Positions 15,530-25,409 of a stretch of DNA of 64,000 nt are shown here, piece after piece. Where the stretch lies: positions 32,001 through 96,000 of IMG/VR virus record IMGVR_UViG_3300032295_003840. One strand, given 5' to 3'. The DNA comes from a virus (lineage: Duplodnaviria; Caudoviricetes). Position numbers and translations under genes: made by a program. Under the pieces are notes generated by a model. The model worked only from the letters and a program-made list of their open reading frames with translations. It was not told the DNA's origin and did not search any database. Position 1 is the first letter of the stretch, and each line of letters starts with the position of its first letter.

Positions 15530-16051
15530 TTACAGACTGGTTTCAATCTGTGTTTTTTCATTTTCAGTCAGCAGTTGTTTTTTTCTGCTGCCTTCCTTGA
15601 CTTCGATCTTCTTGGGCTTCTTGTGCTCGGGAATGATGCGTTCCAGAGCAATCTGCAGCATGCCGTTGAACAAGGCTGCATCCTGAATCTCAATCTGATC
15701 GTTGAGTGCGAATGTGCGGGTAAACGCACGATTGGCGATACCTTTGAAGACATAGTCGGCATTGTTGTCTTCTTTGGTGTTGCCACGCACTACGAGCTTG
15801 TCATCCACAAATTCAATCTCAATGTCCTGACGAGCAAAGCCTGCCACGGCCATTTCAATGACATAGGTGTTCTCACCGGTCTTGCGAATATTGTAGGGAG
15901 GATAGTTGGGAATATCCTTGGTCACATCATCGTGTAGCTTGGCCAGACGATTGAACTGTTCTTCAAAACCAACAAAGAATTTGTCAATGCCCTTGAACAT
16001 TTCTTCAGGGTGTATTTCGGTATTAAGTTTAAATGGTCTTGTTGTGATCAT
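15530..16051 (-). CDS. Small heat-shock protein Hsp20
   Basis: NYPPYNI, EMAVAGF, GIANRAFTRTF and NGML motifs. Confidence 0.93.
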   Translation of the reverse strand: MITTRPFKLNTEIHPEEMFKGIDKFFVGFEEQFNRLAKLHDDVTKDIPNYPPYNIRKTGENTYVIEMAVAGFARQDIEIEFVDDKLVVRGNTKEDNNADYVFKGIANRAFTRTFALNDQIEIQDAALFNGMLQIALERIIPEHKKPKKIEVKEGSRKKQLLTENEKTQIETSL

Positions 16052-16063
16052 GTTGTCCTCCGA

Positions 16064-16288
16064 TTACTTGGTTGCCCAGGCTTTTTTAGCATCAAAATTG
16101 TGCATGGCATGGCCAACTGTGGTCATGAATGAATAGACTTCATGGCCCACGTGCTTGGCAAAGGCTGCCTGTGCATTGATATAGGTATCCAGAGGTTTTT
16201 TGAGTTCGTCGTTGGAAACAAAGTTCTTGACGAAGTTGGATTTGACGTCTCTTACAGAGTCAACCATGGCGTTGTATGCTGATAGCAT
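16064..16288 (-). CDS. Small amphipathic helical protein (phasin-like?)
   Basis: AAGGAG RBS; helical pattern only. Confidence 0.6.
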   Translation of the reverse strand: MLSAYNAMVDSVRDVKSNFVKNFVSNDELKKPLDTYINAQAAFAKHVGHEVYSFMTTVGHAMHNFDAKKAWATK

Positions 16289-16430
16289 ATAGTTCTCCTT
16301 GTTAAGCGAGTTATAAAATTGCTGCCCTTGCGGCGCAGCGGTTGCCGTGTACGATTACGGCGACAGTCTAACGTTCTGTCCGGTCAGCACTCGGGTAAGA
16401 GTCTGCAGTACGTCCCATCCCGTGGGATTT

Positions 16431-16655
16431 TTATGCGCCAGCGTAGTCGGTTTCGTCGCCTTCTGCAATTTCAGCAAGACGTTGAGCCATGGCATCGCGG
16501 TTATCGTTGCGCTGTTCTTCGGGTACCTGAGGCAGGGCCTGATTACGAATTTTGTCAATCAGTTGTGCTACGGTATCATAGGGCTGTTTAGCCAGGGCAA
16601 ACAGCACTGCGTTGGTTTCGTTAATTGTCAAAGACAAATGAATCTTATCACTCAC
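16431..16655 (-). CDS. Hypothetical protein
   Basis: AAGGAG RBS just after regA. Confidence 0.65.
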   Translation of the reverse strand: MSDKIHLSLTINETNAVLFALAKQPYDTVAQLIDKIRNQALPQVPEEQRNDNRDAMAQRLAEIAEGDETDYAGA

Positions 16656-16657
16656 GG

Positions 16658-17086
16658 TTACTCCTTATATCCACGTTTTTTACCGATGTTATATTTCGCC
16701 TGCAGGTTCCACTGATTCTTCTCATCATAGTTCAGAATCTTGATCTGGCTCAGTGGCGCCTGGTCAGTATATTTATCAGCGTTGATGATGGTCACCAGAC
16801 CCCAATCTGCCAAAAGTTTGGCAATGCTGTTGCGGCGCTGGATATCGTTTTTGCTCAGATCAGCCTGCTTGCCATCGAGTGCAAACAGCTCTTTGAAATG
16901 AACAATGAAATAGTGTCCCTGCTTGTGCAGGATATGACAGCTTTGATACAGTACGTTGCTGCGACGACTGGCTACACCAATACGAGTCAGCGTTTCGCGT
17001 ACCTTGAGGAAATCGTCGGGCTGAGCCAGTTTAACTTCCAAAGGACTATATTCAAAGGGAAGGTCAAGATTGAAAAAATCAGTCAT
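16658..17086 (-). CDS. regA: Translational repressor RegA
   Basis: DDFLKVRETLTRIGVAS and LYQSCHILHKQGHYFIVHFKELFALDG. Confidence 0.96.
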   Translation of the reverse strand: MTDFFNLDLPFEYSPLEVKLAQPDDFLKVRETLTRIGVASRRSNVLYQSCHILHKQGHYFIVHFKELFALDGKQADLSKNDIQRRNSIAKLLADWGLVTIINADKYTDQAPLSQIKILNYDEKNQWNLQAKYNIGKKRGYKE

Positions 17087-17523
17087 TATTTACCGCCTCT
17101 GTTCAGTTTATTCTTCATGTGCTCCAACTGAGAGTCAGACAACAGAGGTAATACCTGGCGGGCTTTGTCTATGCTATAGCCATAGTATTCTTGTACCGTT
17201 GCCAACACGTCAACTGTTTCGGCTTTCAACCACTTGTTGTAACGCTTGCGTGGTCTAACGGTATTTATAAGAAAATCGAACTGAAGACGACGGTCCAGAT
17301 GCGGACGCGCATTCATTTCGTTGGCATAGATTACGGTATCGGCCCCATAGCTCAGGCTTTTGTTGACGATGAAGGCATTGTACTGCTTCTCTGACCATTC
17401 ATCAACAATCAGTGCTTCCTTGCTATGGTTAATGGCATTGGCAAAATCAAAGGGGCTGATCTGAGGCTTTTTATAGACCTCTTCAACCTTTTCAACTACT
17501 TCATAACCAAGTGCATTCTTCAT
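17086..17523 (-). CDS. 62: Clamp loader small subunit gp62
   Basis: Synteny with regA; YNAFIVNKSLS, RPRKR, YYGYS motifs. Confidence 0.9.
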   Translation of the reverse strand: MKNALGYEVVEKVEEVYKKPQISPFDFANAINHSKEALIVDEWSEKQYNAFIVNKSLSYGADTVIYANEMNARPHLDRRLQFDFLINTVRPRKRYNKWLKAETVDVLATVQEYYGYSIDKARQVLPLLSDSQLEHMKNKLNRGGK

Positions 17524-17639
17524 TTTATTCTATCAGTCAAATATTCACATAATTTAGCAAATTGCAGTGCTAGCCACATCAGGCTGGCGACTACAACTCC
17601 CAGGCCCACCCAATAAAGTACTATCTGCACAGCAATCAT
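17520..17639 (-). CDS. Tiny membrane protein (39 aa)
   Basis: MIAVQIVLYWVGLGVVVASLMWLAL...; ATGA coupling at both ends. Confidence 0.45.
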   Translation of the reverse strand: MIAVQIVLYWVGLGVVVASLMWLALQFAKLCEYLTDRIK

Positions 17640-17926
17640 GATACCAACATTCGAATCAATCCCAGTGTATCAATGGCAGTCAGCAGGATGTAGTTAGCCA
17701 GCATGCCAAACGATTTCCTAGTATAAGCAGCCCAAGCATACATGGCACAGCCAGTAATCCACACAGGATAAAGAGCCAATAGGGGAGGATTCGGGACGGT
17801 AAGTGCCATAGTAATGCTGCAACCAATACTGACAGCCCAAGCGAGCACTTCAATAAAAAATCGAAAGGGATGAGTATTGTAGTCATCACGAATCCAATCA
17901 AAGGTAGGTTTAAATAGATCCAGCAA
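17636..17926 (-). CDS. Membrane hypothetical protein
   Basis: Three TM segments, AAGGAG RBS. Confidence 0.7.
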   Translation of the reverse strand: MLDLFKPTFDWIRDDYNTHPFRFFIEVLAWAVSIGCSITMALTVPNPPLLALYPVWITGCAMYAWAAYTRKSFGMLANYILLTAIDTLGLIRMLVS

Positions 17927-18101
17927 GTTGTTGCTCCTTATAGAACTGCATGACCTCGGCGAATTTAATTCGCACTGGCTGAGGGTAGCAGTTCATCTCC
18001 TTCATGTGCCGATGGTTGTCAGACATGATTGTAGCCAGCTCACGCAGTAGTTTTAGTTCGCGTGCTGTACCACGCTCATGTACTTCAAAATCACTCATCA
18101 T
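17910..18101 (-). CDS. Hypothetical protein
   Basis: Packed operon ORF, MMSDFEVHERG. Confidence 0.6.
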   Translation of the reverse strand: MMSDFEVHERGTARELKLLRELATIMSDNHRHMKEMNCYPQPVRIKFAEVMQFYKEQQLAGSI

Positions 18102-18309
18102 AGACTCCAAAGTCTCGGAGCACAAACTTTACTGCCTTGATCATTTCGTGGCTATGTACAACATCGTCGGCATGTAGCCATGATCCGTTGTGATAGTTTT
18201 CTAGCTGGTGTTCCAGAGTTTCCAGATAGTTCTTCAAGGTAGCCACAGTAATGCGATCCGCAGTTTCCCAATCCAGGGTCAGATCCAATCCCAATCCTTC
18301 TTGTGTCAT
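18091..18309 (-). CDS. Hypothetical protein
   Basis: Coupled to the gp44 stop. Confidence 0.6.
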   Translation of the reverse strand: MTQEGLGLDLTLDWETADRITVATLKNYLETLEHQLENYHNGSWLHADDVVHSHEMIKAVKFVLRDFGVYDE

Positions 18310-19250
18310 GATTTAAACTCCACCGCGGCCATGATTTCAGTAAGACAAGCCACCAGGTTAATCTCGGCATCGGCCACGAACGCTGCCTTGTACTGATAGT
18401 CTGCCAACAACAGAACCAGTTGTGGTACCTGCTTGACCTGATCAGTCAGCTGGTCATACAACAATCTAAAAATTGTCTGTGGGTCACTATCTATATTGTT
18501 TACAACCCACTGACGCATTTTCTTGAAGTCTTTTTCCTTCAGTGCCTCCACCAGAGTCTTGATGTTGGCATCCTGCAGATTGGACAGCACACCTTCGTCG
18601 ATGACTCCACTGACACTGTAGCGTTGCAGTTCATTTAAGATACGGCGATAGTCAGGAAAGTGTCGTTCAATCAGCCTTGCCACACTCTTGGCATCGGCCT
18701 CTACATTCTCGTTTTTCAGTATCTCCATGACCCGCTTGAAGAAGCCTGCAGCAATCTTGGGCCGCTCCGCAGCAGCAATCTTGAACTCTACTACTGTGGT
18801 TCTGCTGTGCAGTGGTTGTATGATTCTGTTCTTGAAGTTGCATGTTAGGATAAACCTACAATTTTTGCTGAACTCTTCCATGAAGTTACGAAGAGCCGGC
18901 TGAGTTGAATTGGGATTAAGATAGTCAGCCTCGTCTAGGATAACCACCTTGGGTCGACCTTCAAAGCTAACTGTGCTGGCAAATCCAAAGATCTCATTGC
19001 GCAGCGTATCAATATTGCCATTCATACTACCATTGATGACTATGTAGTCCGATCCTAACTCCTCACATAGAGCTCGGGCCACAGTAGTCTTGCCCATGCC
19101 AGCTCCACCACAGAGCAACATGTTGGGTATTTCACCTTTGGCAACAAACTGTTCAAAAGTCTGTCGCTGATCTGCAGGCAGAATGCAGTCGGCCAGCTGC
19201 CTGGGCCGATACTTTTCTACCCACAGAAATTGATCATCACGAAATTGCAT
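18306..19250 (-). CDS. 44: Clamp loader large subunit gp44
   Basis: LWVEKYRP, GGAGMGKTT, LDEAD motifs. Confidence 0.96.
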   Translation of the reverse strand: MQFRDDQFLWVEKYRPRQLADCILPADQRQTFEQFVAKGEIPNMLLCGGAGMGKTTVARALCEELGSDYIVINGSMNGNIDTLRNEIFGFASTVSFEGRPKVVILDEADYLNPNSTQPALRNFMEEFSKNCRFILTCNFKNRIIQPLHSRTTVVEFKIAAAERPKIAAGFFKRVMEILKNENVEADAKSVARLIERHFPDYRRILNELQRYSVSGVIDEGVLSNLQDANIKTLVEALKEKDFKKMRQWVVNNIDSDPQTIFRLLYDQLTDQVKQVPQLVLLLADYQYKAAFVADAEINLVACLTEIMAAVEFKS

Positions 19251-19251
19251 A

Positions 19252-19521
19252 TCAGTTGGTTCTTTCCATCATGGATTTTTTATACAGGTCTTCTCGGGGG
19301 TCTGCCACCTCATATCCTTCACGCTGTGCTGGTTCAACTAATCCATACTTTGGCTTGACAACCAAACCATGGCCAGTGGCTGTCAGCCAGGTATTGATAT
19401 TGTCCATGAGTGTCTGGAAGTCAGCATTGTCAAAGCTCACATCCAGATCCAGCAAAGTATCATTGCTGTCAGCATCAGTGGCAGTATAGTTGAGTCGTAC
19501 TCGGGTATTGATATTTTTCAT
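19252..19521 (-). CDS. Hypothetical protein
   Basis: Packed between gp45 and gp44. Confidence 0.6.
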   Translation of the reverse strand: MKNINTRVRLNYTATDADSNDTLLDLDVSFDNADFQTLMDNINTWLTATGHGLVVKPKYGLVEPAQREGYEVADPREDLYKKSMMERTN

Positions 19522-19523
19522 GA

Positions 19524-20183
19524 TTACACCTGACTGTCGGGTTCCATGGCAAGCCAGTACTCCAAGGGCTTGGTCTCGTGTTTAAAGTGAAAGAACTTCT
19601 TCTTGCTTACTGTGACTGCATAGGCTTCGGGTACTACCTTGAAATTTTCCACAGCCAGGCGGCAATTGAAGTCTGAATCAAAGTCACCAATGGTGCGCTT
19701 GTAGCTGTTGCTGCTGGCAGTCTTGGGATCGCCAACGCTCAGCGTTACCTTGCCCTTGCTGCTGACCACGCTGATGAACTTGGCACCTACAATGGCAGCT
19801 GCTTTGTTCAGCATCTGTACATCGTTGGCAGTCATCTTGAATTGGAAATGATTGTCAACTGCAATGCTCTTGCCTGCCTCGGGTGCAATGATCACACTCT
19901 CATCGGCATAGAAGTATTCAAACTCTCCGCCGTCTTTGCTGATCTTCAAACTGGCATCGCCAAAGTCAATGTCCTGATCTTCCATGAGCGTCAGCAGGCT
20001 CAGCAGACTATTTAGATCATAGATGCAGAAGTCCTTGGGAAAAGTCTCAGCCACGGTTGCCTTGGCAAAGATATTCTTCTGTGGACCAATGGTGCTGATC
20101 TCTGATCCAGGACGGATTCGGATATTGCTGTTGATGGTGGCAAAATTCTGCAACACCTTGATGGTATCAGTACTAATTTTCAT
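19524..20183 (-). CDS. 45: Sliding clamp gp45
   Basis: LQNFATINSNI, FCIYDLNSLL, YWLAME motifs. Confidence 0.93.
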   Translation of the reverse strand: MKISTDTIKVLQNFATINSNIRIRPGSEISTIGPQKNIFAKATVAETFPKDFCIYDLNSLLSLLTLMEDQDIDFGDASLKISKDGGEFEYFYADESVIIAPEAGKSIAVDNHFQFKMTANDVQMLNKAAAIVGAKFISVVSSKGKVTLSVGDPKTASSNSYKRTIGDFDSDFNCRLAVENFKVVPEAYAVTVSKKKFFHFKHETKPLEYWLAMEPDSQV

Positions 20184-20217
20184 TCAGATAACTCCTTGTT
20201 TAAAAATACAGTATAAA

Positions 20218-20847
20218 TTATACTGCAGCATCTGTCAATGCCAGCGTTGCCATCATACCATCAAGACGATCATGTAACCATTCCATGGGACCGCTATTAG
20301 CTACAAGAACATCATAATGACGGTCTAGCCAGGCCCATTCGCTTTGATGTGGAATATGACTGGGCGGTTTGCCAGCTGGAAAACTTAGATAGTCCAGAGC
20401 ATCCTGAACCCAAGCTGGGTCTTTGCCTCGGCTAATTCTAACAATGATACCACCAGCCTTTTTAATTACATCAATCTCGTTAGGAAAACGACAGTCAGTA
20501 ATTACAATATCGTCTGTAGTTTTACGCAGACGATTTTCCAGACTAGCTACCCAGATGTCGGTGTGATAGGCATTGCGCCCAACTTCGGTACCCCAGATTT
20601 GCAGGGTATGGCGTGGAGTAACTTCACGACCTAATCGCTCACTCCACCAAGGATCCGCACACTCTCGCCAGGCTCGACTTTCATTGGTGTGACCTTCTAG
20701 TAACTGTCGATCCCAACCAAAGATGTCTGCCACAGCGTCTTTCAACGGAGCAGCAAAACTGTCACGCCGAAACTTATATTTTTCTACCAGATACTCGGCA
20801 GCAGTATCTTTACCACTGCCGATGAATCCTACAAATCCAATAATCAT
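20218..20847 (-). CDS. 1: dNMP kinase (gp1-like)
   Basis: GFIGSGKDT, FAAPLKD, LQIWGTEVGR, DCRFPNE motifs. Confidence 0.92.
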   Translation of the reverse strand: MIIGFVGFIGSGKDTAAEYLVEKYKFRRDSFAAPLKDAVADIFGWDRQLLEGHTNESRAWRECADPWWSERLGREVTPRHTLQIWGTEVGRNAYHTDIWVASLENRLRKTTDDIVITDCRFPNEIDVIKKAGGIIVRISRGKDPAWVQDALDYLSFPAGKPPSHIPHQSEWAWLDRHYDVLVANSGPMEWLHDRLDGMMATLALTDAAV

Positions 20848-22043
20848 TAGAAAGGTACCTCTTCAGTTGTGGCTTCAGTCACGATAGGTGCTGGAGCTGG
20901 GTCAGGATTCACAGCTGGTGCATCTACCTTGCTGTACAGGTCCTTGAACGCAGACTTGGTCTCGGCATCGAAGCGATTGGTGCAGAGCTCAATGGCCTTG
21001 GTGCGATCACGGAACATATGGAATGCCTTGACGATGTGCAGCAAGCGTCGAGTGCTGATCAGTTCGTCGATGCCGCCTTCCTGGAATGTCTTACGAATAA
21101 TTTCAGCCCAGGTAACCAGCTTGTCGCCAAACTCTTCGTCCAGGCAACCCAGCTCCTTCATCTTGCCGATGATGATCTTCTTCTCAATCTTGCTATCGGG
21201 AAATTCCTGCTCCACGGTAATGGCAAAGCGTTCCAGGAATGCTTCGTCAATCATCTGTGCACCAGTAAAACGACCGTCTTCGGTACCACGGCCCTTGGTA
21301 TTGGCAGTGGCAATGATGTTGAAGCCAGCAGCAGGATGCACAACCTCGCCTGTCTTCTTGTTCAGGTAGGGCTTGCCTTCCATGATGGCCTGCAGGCACA
21401 TCAGCTTATTGCTACCGCGGTCACATTCGTCGATGAGCAGCAAGGCACCGCGCTTCATGGCCAGCAATACTGGACCTTCACGGTATACAATATTACCATC
21501 CACCAGGGTATTGCCGCCGATGAGATCGTCTTCGTCGGTCTCGATGCTGATGTTTACACGGATACATTCACGACCCAGATCCGCACACACCTGCTCCACC
21601 ATGGTGGTCTTGCCATTGCCTGACAAACCAGTAATGAACACAGGATAGAAGATCTTGCTGCTAATAACCTTCTTCAGGTCCTTGAAGAAGCCAAAAGGAA
21701 CATACAACTCATCGCGGCGTGGCACCAGATTGTCCACCGTAGTCTCCAATTTCTTCTGACGCAGACTTGCCATGGGTACAACCTGTGCTGCCAGAGCCGC
21801 GGCCATTTCAGGTTCTTGCACACTCTGGGCAGGAGCGAACTTCTGGAAGACGCGCATGTCATAGACACCGCGACCAGACTTGGCGTCGGGATTGTCAATA
21901 ATAAACCGAGGATAAGGCAGGCCTTTGCTGCTGGCGGTCTGCTCTACCTGGCGACGGAGTACCAATACGCCATACTCACCGATGAGATCGGCAACGAATT
22001 GGTCTTGCTGTGCTTGTGTCCATTTGCTCATCATTTTCTCCAT
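20847..22043 (-). CDS. CobS/MoxR-like AAA+ ATPase
   Basis: GLSGNGKT, LLIDECD, ATANTKG, AFLERF motifs. Confidence 0.88.
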   Translation of the reverse strand: MEKMMSKWTQAQQDQFVADLIGEYGVLVLRRQVEQTASSKGLPYPRFIIDNPDAKSGRGVYDMRVFQKFAPAQSVQEPEMAAALAAQVVPMASLRQKKLETTVDNLVPRRDELYVPFGFFKDLKKVISSKIFYPVFITGLSGNGKTTMVEQVCADLGRECIRVNISIETDEDDLIGGNTLVDGNIVYREGPVLLAMKRGALLLIDECDRGSNKLMCLQAIMEGKPYLNKKTGEVVHPAAGFNIIATANTKGRGTEDGRFTGAQMIDEAFLERFAITVEQEFPDSKIEKKIIIGKMKELGCLDEEFGDKLVTWAEIIRKTFQEGGIDELISTRRLLHIVKAFHMFRDRTKAIELCTNRFDAETKSAFKDLYSKVDAPAVNPDPAPAPIVTEATTEEVPF

Positions 22044-22071
22044 AATATAAAACTACCATCAATGTACTGCT

Positions 22072-22100
22072 ATTATAGCAAAATTGCGTCACGTTGTCAA
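22072..22100 (-). promoter_or_regulatory. Consensus sigma70 promoter
   Basis: TTGACA-17 nt-TATAAT with extended TG. Confidence 0.75.
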
Positions 22101-24304
22101 GCAATCATTTGGATAAAACGGTTCAGAAGGATTCGGCTGGTTGTCTTGTTGTTCTGCATCTCGGCAAACGCCTTGTAGATCTTCTTCTTGTCAGCACCGC
22201 TTTCTACATCCATTTCATCGTCATCGATGTCCAGATCCTGACCACCTGGAATCAAATAGTATTCATTGAAGCCCAGATCCTCGATGACATAGATTCGTTC
22301 TTTCTTGAACTTACGATGTGCTGCTTCTACCTGACTGAACTGTTCAGGAGTCAGCACACGATCGCCTTTGAACATTTTATAAGACATGGCACGTCGTCCC
22401 TGATGTTCCAGGATGTCAAAGCATACAACATTGGCACCAGTTACTTCACGCACCAGACGAATCAAACTGCAGGTTGTGCGTCGATCTATGTCAGCCACCT
22501 TGACACTGACTCGGGTATCTTTATGAGTCAGGATGACGTTGGTATTTTCTGGCGACTTGACATCCGTGGGGCGTACAACGTCTTCACCTGAATAATTTCT
22601 ATAGGTTGTCATGTAGCGCAGTGCTGAGTCTGAATCACCGTCGGTAAGGAAGGCCATGTTTACTACCTCGGCCTTGGTGCGCTCCTTGAACTTTTTAAAG
22701 ATATCCAGGCTCAGCAGCACACTCTGGTTCAGCGGAGTACCGTTCAAGTCTTCGCTTTCTGGAACCTGCATATTGATAAGATCCATCTCTTCGAGTCGTT
22801 CATAACGATTCCAGCGGCGAGCACGACGATGCCAGATGCGGGCCAGCAGCAGGAGATTACCTACCTGGCGTTTATATTCTGCTGGACGCATGGTGTCGAT
22901 AAAATACTGACGCAGACGGAATGCATTGTCGTCGACGTGAGCCTCACCTACAACCTTGGGCTGACGTTGTTCCAGATTTTTAAAGAAAGGATCTTCATAG
23001 TAGTTGCTGGGGTGTGCATTGGTAAAGCCATAGACCTCGAAAGGAATATTGACCTTGCGACAAAACTCCACCAACACCAGCATCTGTTCCAGTGTGGCAC
23101 CCATCTGCTGGCCCATGCTGCCGCTCATGTCAAAGAACATGATCAGTCCATGATTCTTGCCCATGGGCACTGTGGTGATGCGTCGGAACAGATCTTCGTT
23201 ATAACGATAGCTAAAGATCTTCTTGACATCCAGCTCACCACTGCGGCTAGTCTTGGCACGGGCCAACTGTTCGGCATTGCGACGCAGTTCAAATTCCTTG
23301 ACCAGGTAGGCTATGACCTTGTCATTCTTTTTCTTGAATGCTGCCACAGCCTCGGGCATGAGCTCTTCCTGCTCGGGCAAGAACTGCATGCCTTCCATGA
23401 CCTTCTTATACTTCTCGATAAAGGGTTCGGCCTTGATGGTGGGTATGGTTACATACTCGTAGGGGCGGCTAGCAGCATCCAGCAGTTCATCTTCGTGATT
23501 ACGAAAGGCACGATCGGTTTCGGAGCTGGGCTGATCCATGACATTCATTTTGCGTTCTTGGTCAGTCAGACCATCTTCAAACTCTTCCATGGCGTCTGTG
23601 AAGTCATATTCGATTTCATCGAACTCATCCAGATCCAGCTCTTCGGATTCGACATCGTCGCCCATCTCACCAGGGCCAACCTTGATGCGCAGTTTCTTTT
23701 TAATGGCACCCTTCTTTTCTTCTAATTCCTTCTTGCAATAGGCCATGAGGTCACGAGCCAGCTGTTCAACCTCTTCCCAGGTCTCCAACTGTTCGGTGCG
23801 GCGCACAAAGACCTTTTCTTCTTCTGTGAACTGCACTGCCAGGAAGGAGCCTAGCTTGAAGTGCAGGTTGATGCGGTCGATGAGCAGCATGTCGCCAATG
23901 TTCTTGTCGGCTACTTCAAAGAAGTCTTTTTCGTGCAGGCCCTGATAGGCGCGATAGAAGTTGGCGCGCAGACCTGGATACTTGGACTTGATCTTTTTCT
24001 CGATGCGGGCATCCTCCAGTACATTGAGGAAGCCTTTCATGGCCATGTCGGCGTTCTTGATGTCTCCGTCTTCGCCACAGATGGCGTCGTGCCAACCCTT
24101 GGCTGGAGTATACAGTGCATGACCAACTTCATGACCACAGAGCAGGTCATATAAGTCGCCATCCATGTCTTGCCAGATAGGCAGGGTCAGTGTACGGCTC
24201 TTGGTATCGAAGCTGGCAGTCGGCACCTTGGCATGATATACATGGATGTTCTCCTGCGCCAGCAACTTGGCAAATATCGATTTACTTGTCTTGATATCCA
24301 TCAT
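22097..24304 (-). CDS. CobT-like metallopeptidase-vWA protein
   Basis: HEVGH (HExxH), NVLEDARIE, MIDAS DMSGS ... T ... TDG. Confidence 0.85.
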   Translation of the reverse strand: MMDIKTSKSIFAKLLAQENIHVYHAKVPTASFDTKSRTLTLPIWQDMDGDLYDLLCGHEVGHALYTPAKGWHDAICGEDGDIKNADMAMKGFLNVLEDARIEKKIKSKYPGLRANFYRAYQGLHEKDFFEVADKNIGDMLLIDRINLHFKLGSFLAVQFTEEEKVFVRRTEQLETWEEVEQLARDLMAYCKKELEEKKGAIKKKLRIKVGPGEMGDDVESEELDLDEFDEIEYDFTDAMEEFEDGLTDQERKMNVMDQPSSETDRAFRNHEDELLDAASRPYEYVTIPTIKAEPFIEKYKKVMEGMQFLPEQEELMPEAVAAFKKKNDKVIAYLVKEFELRRNAEQLARAKTSRSGELDVKKIFSYRYNEDLFRRITTVPMGKNHGLIMFFDMSGSMGQQMGATLEQMLVLVEFCRKVNIPFEVYGFTNAHPSNYYEDPFFKNLEQRQPKVVGEAHVDDNAFRLRQYFIDTMRPAEYKRQVGNLLLLARIWHRRARRWNRYERLEEMDLINMQVPESEDLNGTPLNQSVLLSLDIFKKFKERTKAEVVNMAFLTDGDSDSALRYMTTYRNYSGEDVVRPTDVKSPENTNVILTHKDTRVSVKVADIDRRTTCSLIRLVREVTGANVVCFDILEHQGRRAMSYKMFKGDRVLTPEQFSQVEAAHRKFKKERIYVIEDLGFNEYYLIPGGQDLDIDDDEMDVESGADKKKIYKAFAEMQNNKTTSRILLNRFIQMIA

Positions 24305-24326
24305 CACCTCTTCATTATGTATATGG

Positions 24327-24355
24327 ATTATAGCAAAAAACGCACACTCTGTCAA
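24327..24355 (-). promoter_or_regulatory. Consensus sigma70 promoter
   Basis: TTGACA-17 nt-TATAAT with extended TG. Confidence 0.75.
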
Positions 24356-24365
24356 GACCTAGTTA

Positions 24366-25229
24366 TCATTTCATGCAGGTTGCACGAGCCATCTTCATCC
24401 AATCGCCACCCATGCGCATCAAACCAGCCAGCTTGATTACCATGCGCAGGCTCAGTTCACGCAGACGGTCCTGGTTGTCGGTAATGAATGTCATCAGCTC
24501 TTGTTCTTCGCCTTGACTAAAGCCCTGCTCTGCCAACATGCCCTGACCAACCACTTGCTTGAGGCGCACGACATAATCGCGCTTGGTGTGAATGCCAACA
24601 TCCAGATAGTGGCTACGACTAATCAGAGCCTGGAAGTGAGGAGCCAGCTTGTTGCCCTTGTCAATCAGGTTATCAAAATCATAGTTGGTAATGAAGATGA
24701 TGGAGCCTTCAAACTCAAAGGTACGGGGCAGGCGCTCGCCGTCTTCGTCTTCCATCTTGGTCTCTGTCAACCAGCTCAGGCGACGGCTACGAGTCATATC
24801 ACAAGCTGCCTTGAGCAGGTTAAGACACACGTCATCGAGGAACACTGAGTCGGAGTCGTCAAAAACCACTACACAGTCTCGGTGACGGTTCTCATACAGC
24901 ATCTTGTACAAGCCTGTGGGGCGAACATAGCCCTTGACGAAAGTGCAAAGCTTCTCGCCTTCCATCTGATCCATGATCTGGGTTACTGTGTGGCTCTTGC
25001 CAACACCTGCAGGACCTGAGATGATCAGGCTCTTGTTGATACCTTTAAAGGTAGCCAGTGCCATGGTGTTCATAGCATCGAACCGATCATTAAGACGTTC
25101 TGCAATCTCAGCATCGGTCTCGCTTTGGATAACCACTTTAGGTTGTGCTACAGCGCCAACCTGCATTGCAGTTTCCAGACGCTTGCGGGTCATACGAACA
25201 CCCGACTTAGGAACACCTCTAGGCATCAT
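24366..25229 (-). CDS. P-loop AAA-type ATPase
   Basis: GPAGVGKS, VVVFDDSD, IFITN motifs. Confidence 0.8.
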   Translation of the reverse strand: MMPRGVPKSGVRMTRKRLETAMQVGAVAQPKVVIQSETDAEIAERLNDRFDAMNTMALATFKGINKSLIISGPAGVGKSHTVTQIMDQMEGEKLCTFVKGYVRPTGLYKMLYENRHRDCVVVFDDSDSVFLDDVCLNLLKAACDMTRSRRLSWLTETKMEDEDGERLPRTFEFEGSIIFITNYDFDNLIDKGNKLAPHFQALISRSHYLDVGIHTKRDYVVRLKQVVGQGMLAEQGFSQGEEQELMTFITDNQDRLRELSLRMVIKLAGLMRMGGDWMKMARATCMK

Positions 25230-25321
25230 TCACTCCTTATCATCATCAACATATCACCATTATGGCAGAACGATGCTAAGAGTCAAGAAGAAGTAGAAAG
25301 ACCAAGTAAAATGGTCGGGTT

Positions 25322-25385
25322 CTAACCCATTGATTTCATTGATGTTTTTCGGGGCTGAAAAAGTGCTTGTAAATCAATGGGTTAG
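25322..25385. repeat. Perfect 15-bp inverted repeat
   Basis: CTAACCCATTGATTT (25322-25336) and AAATCAATGGGTTAG (25371-25385). Confidence 0.85.
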
Positions 25386-25409
25386 CAACGTGGGAATCTT
25401 ATAATTTTA

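Noticed and set aside
20847-24304. Cobalamin biosynthesis auxiliary genes
   Set aside because: There is no cobN or other cob gene; a generic MoxR/vWA pair explains the motifs.
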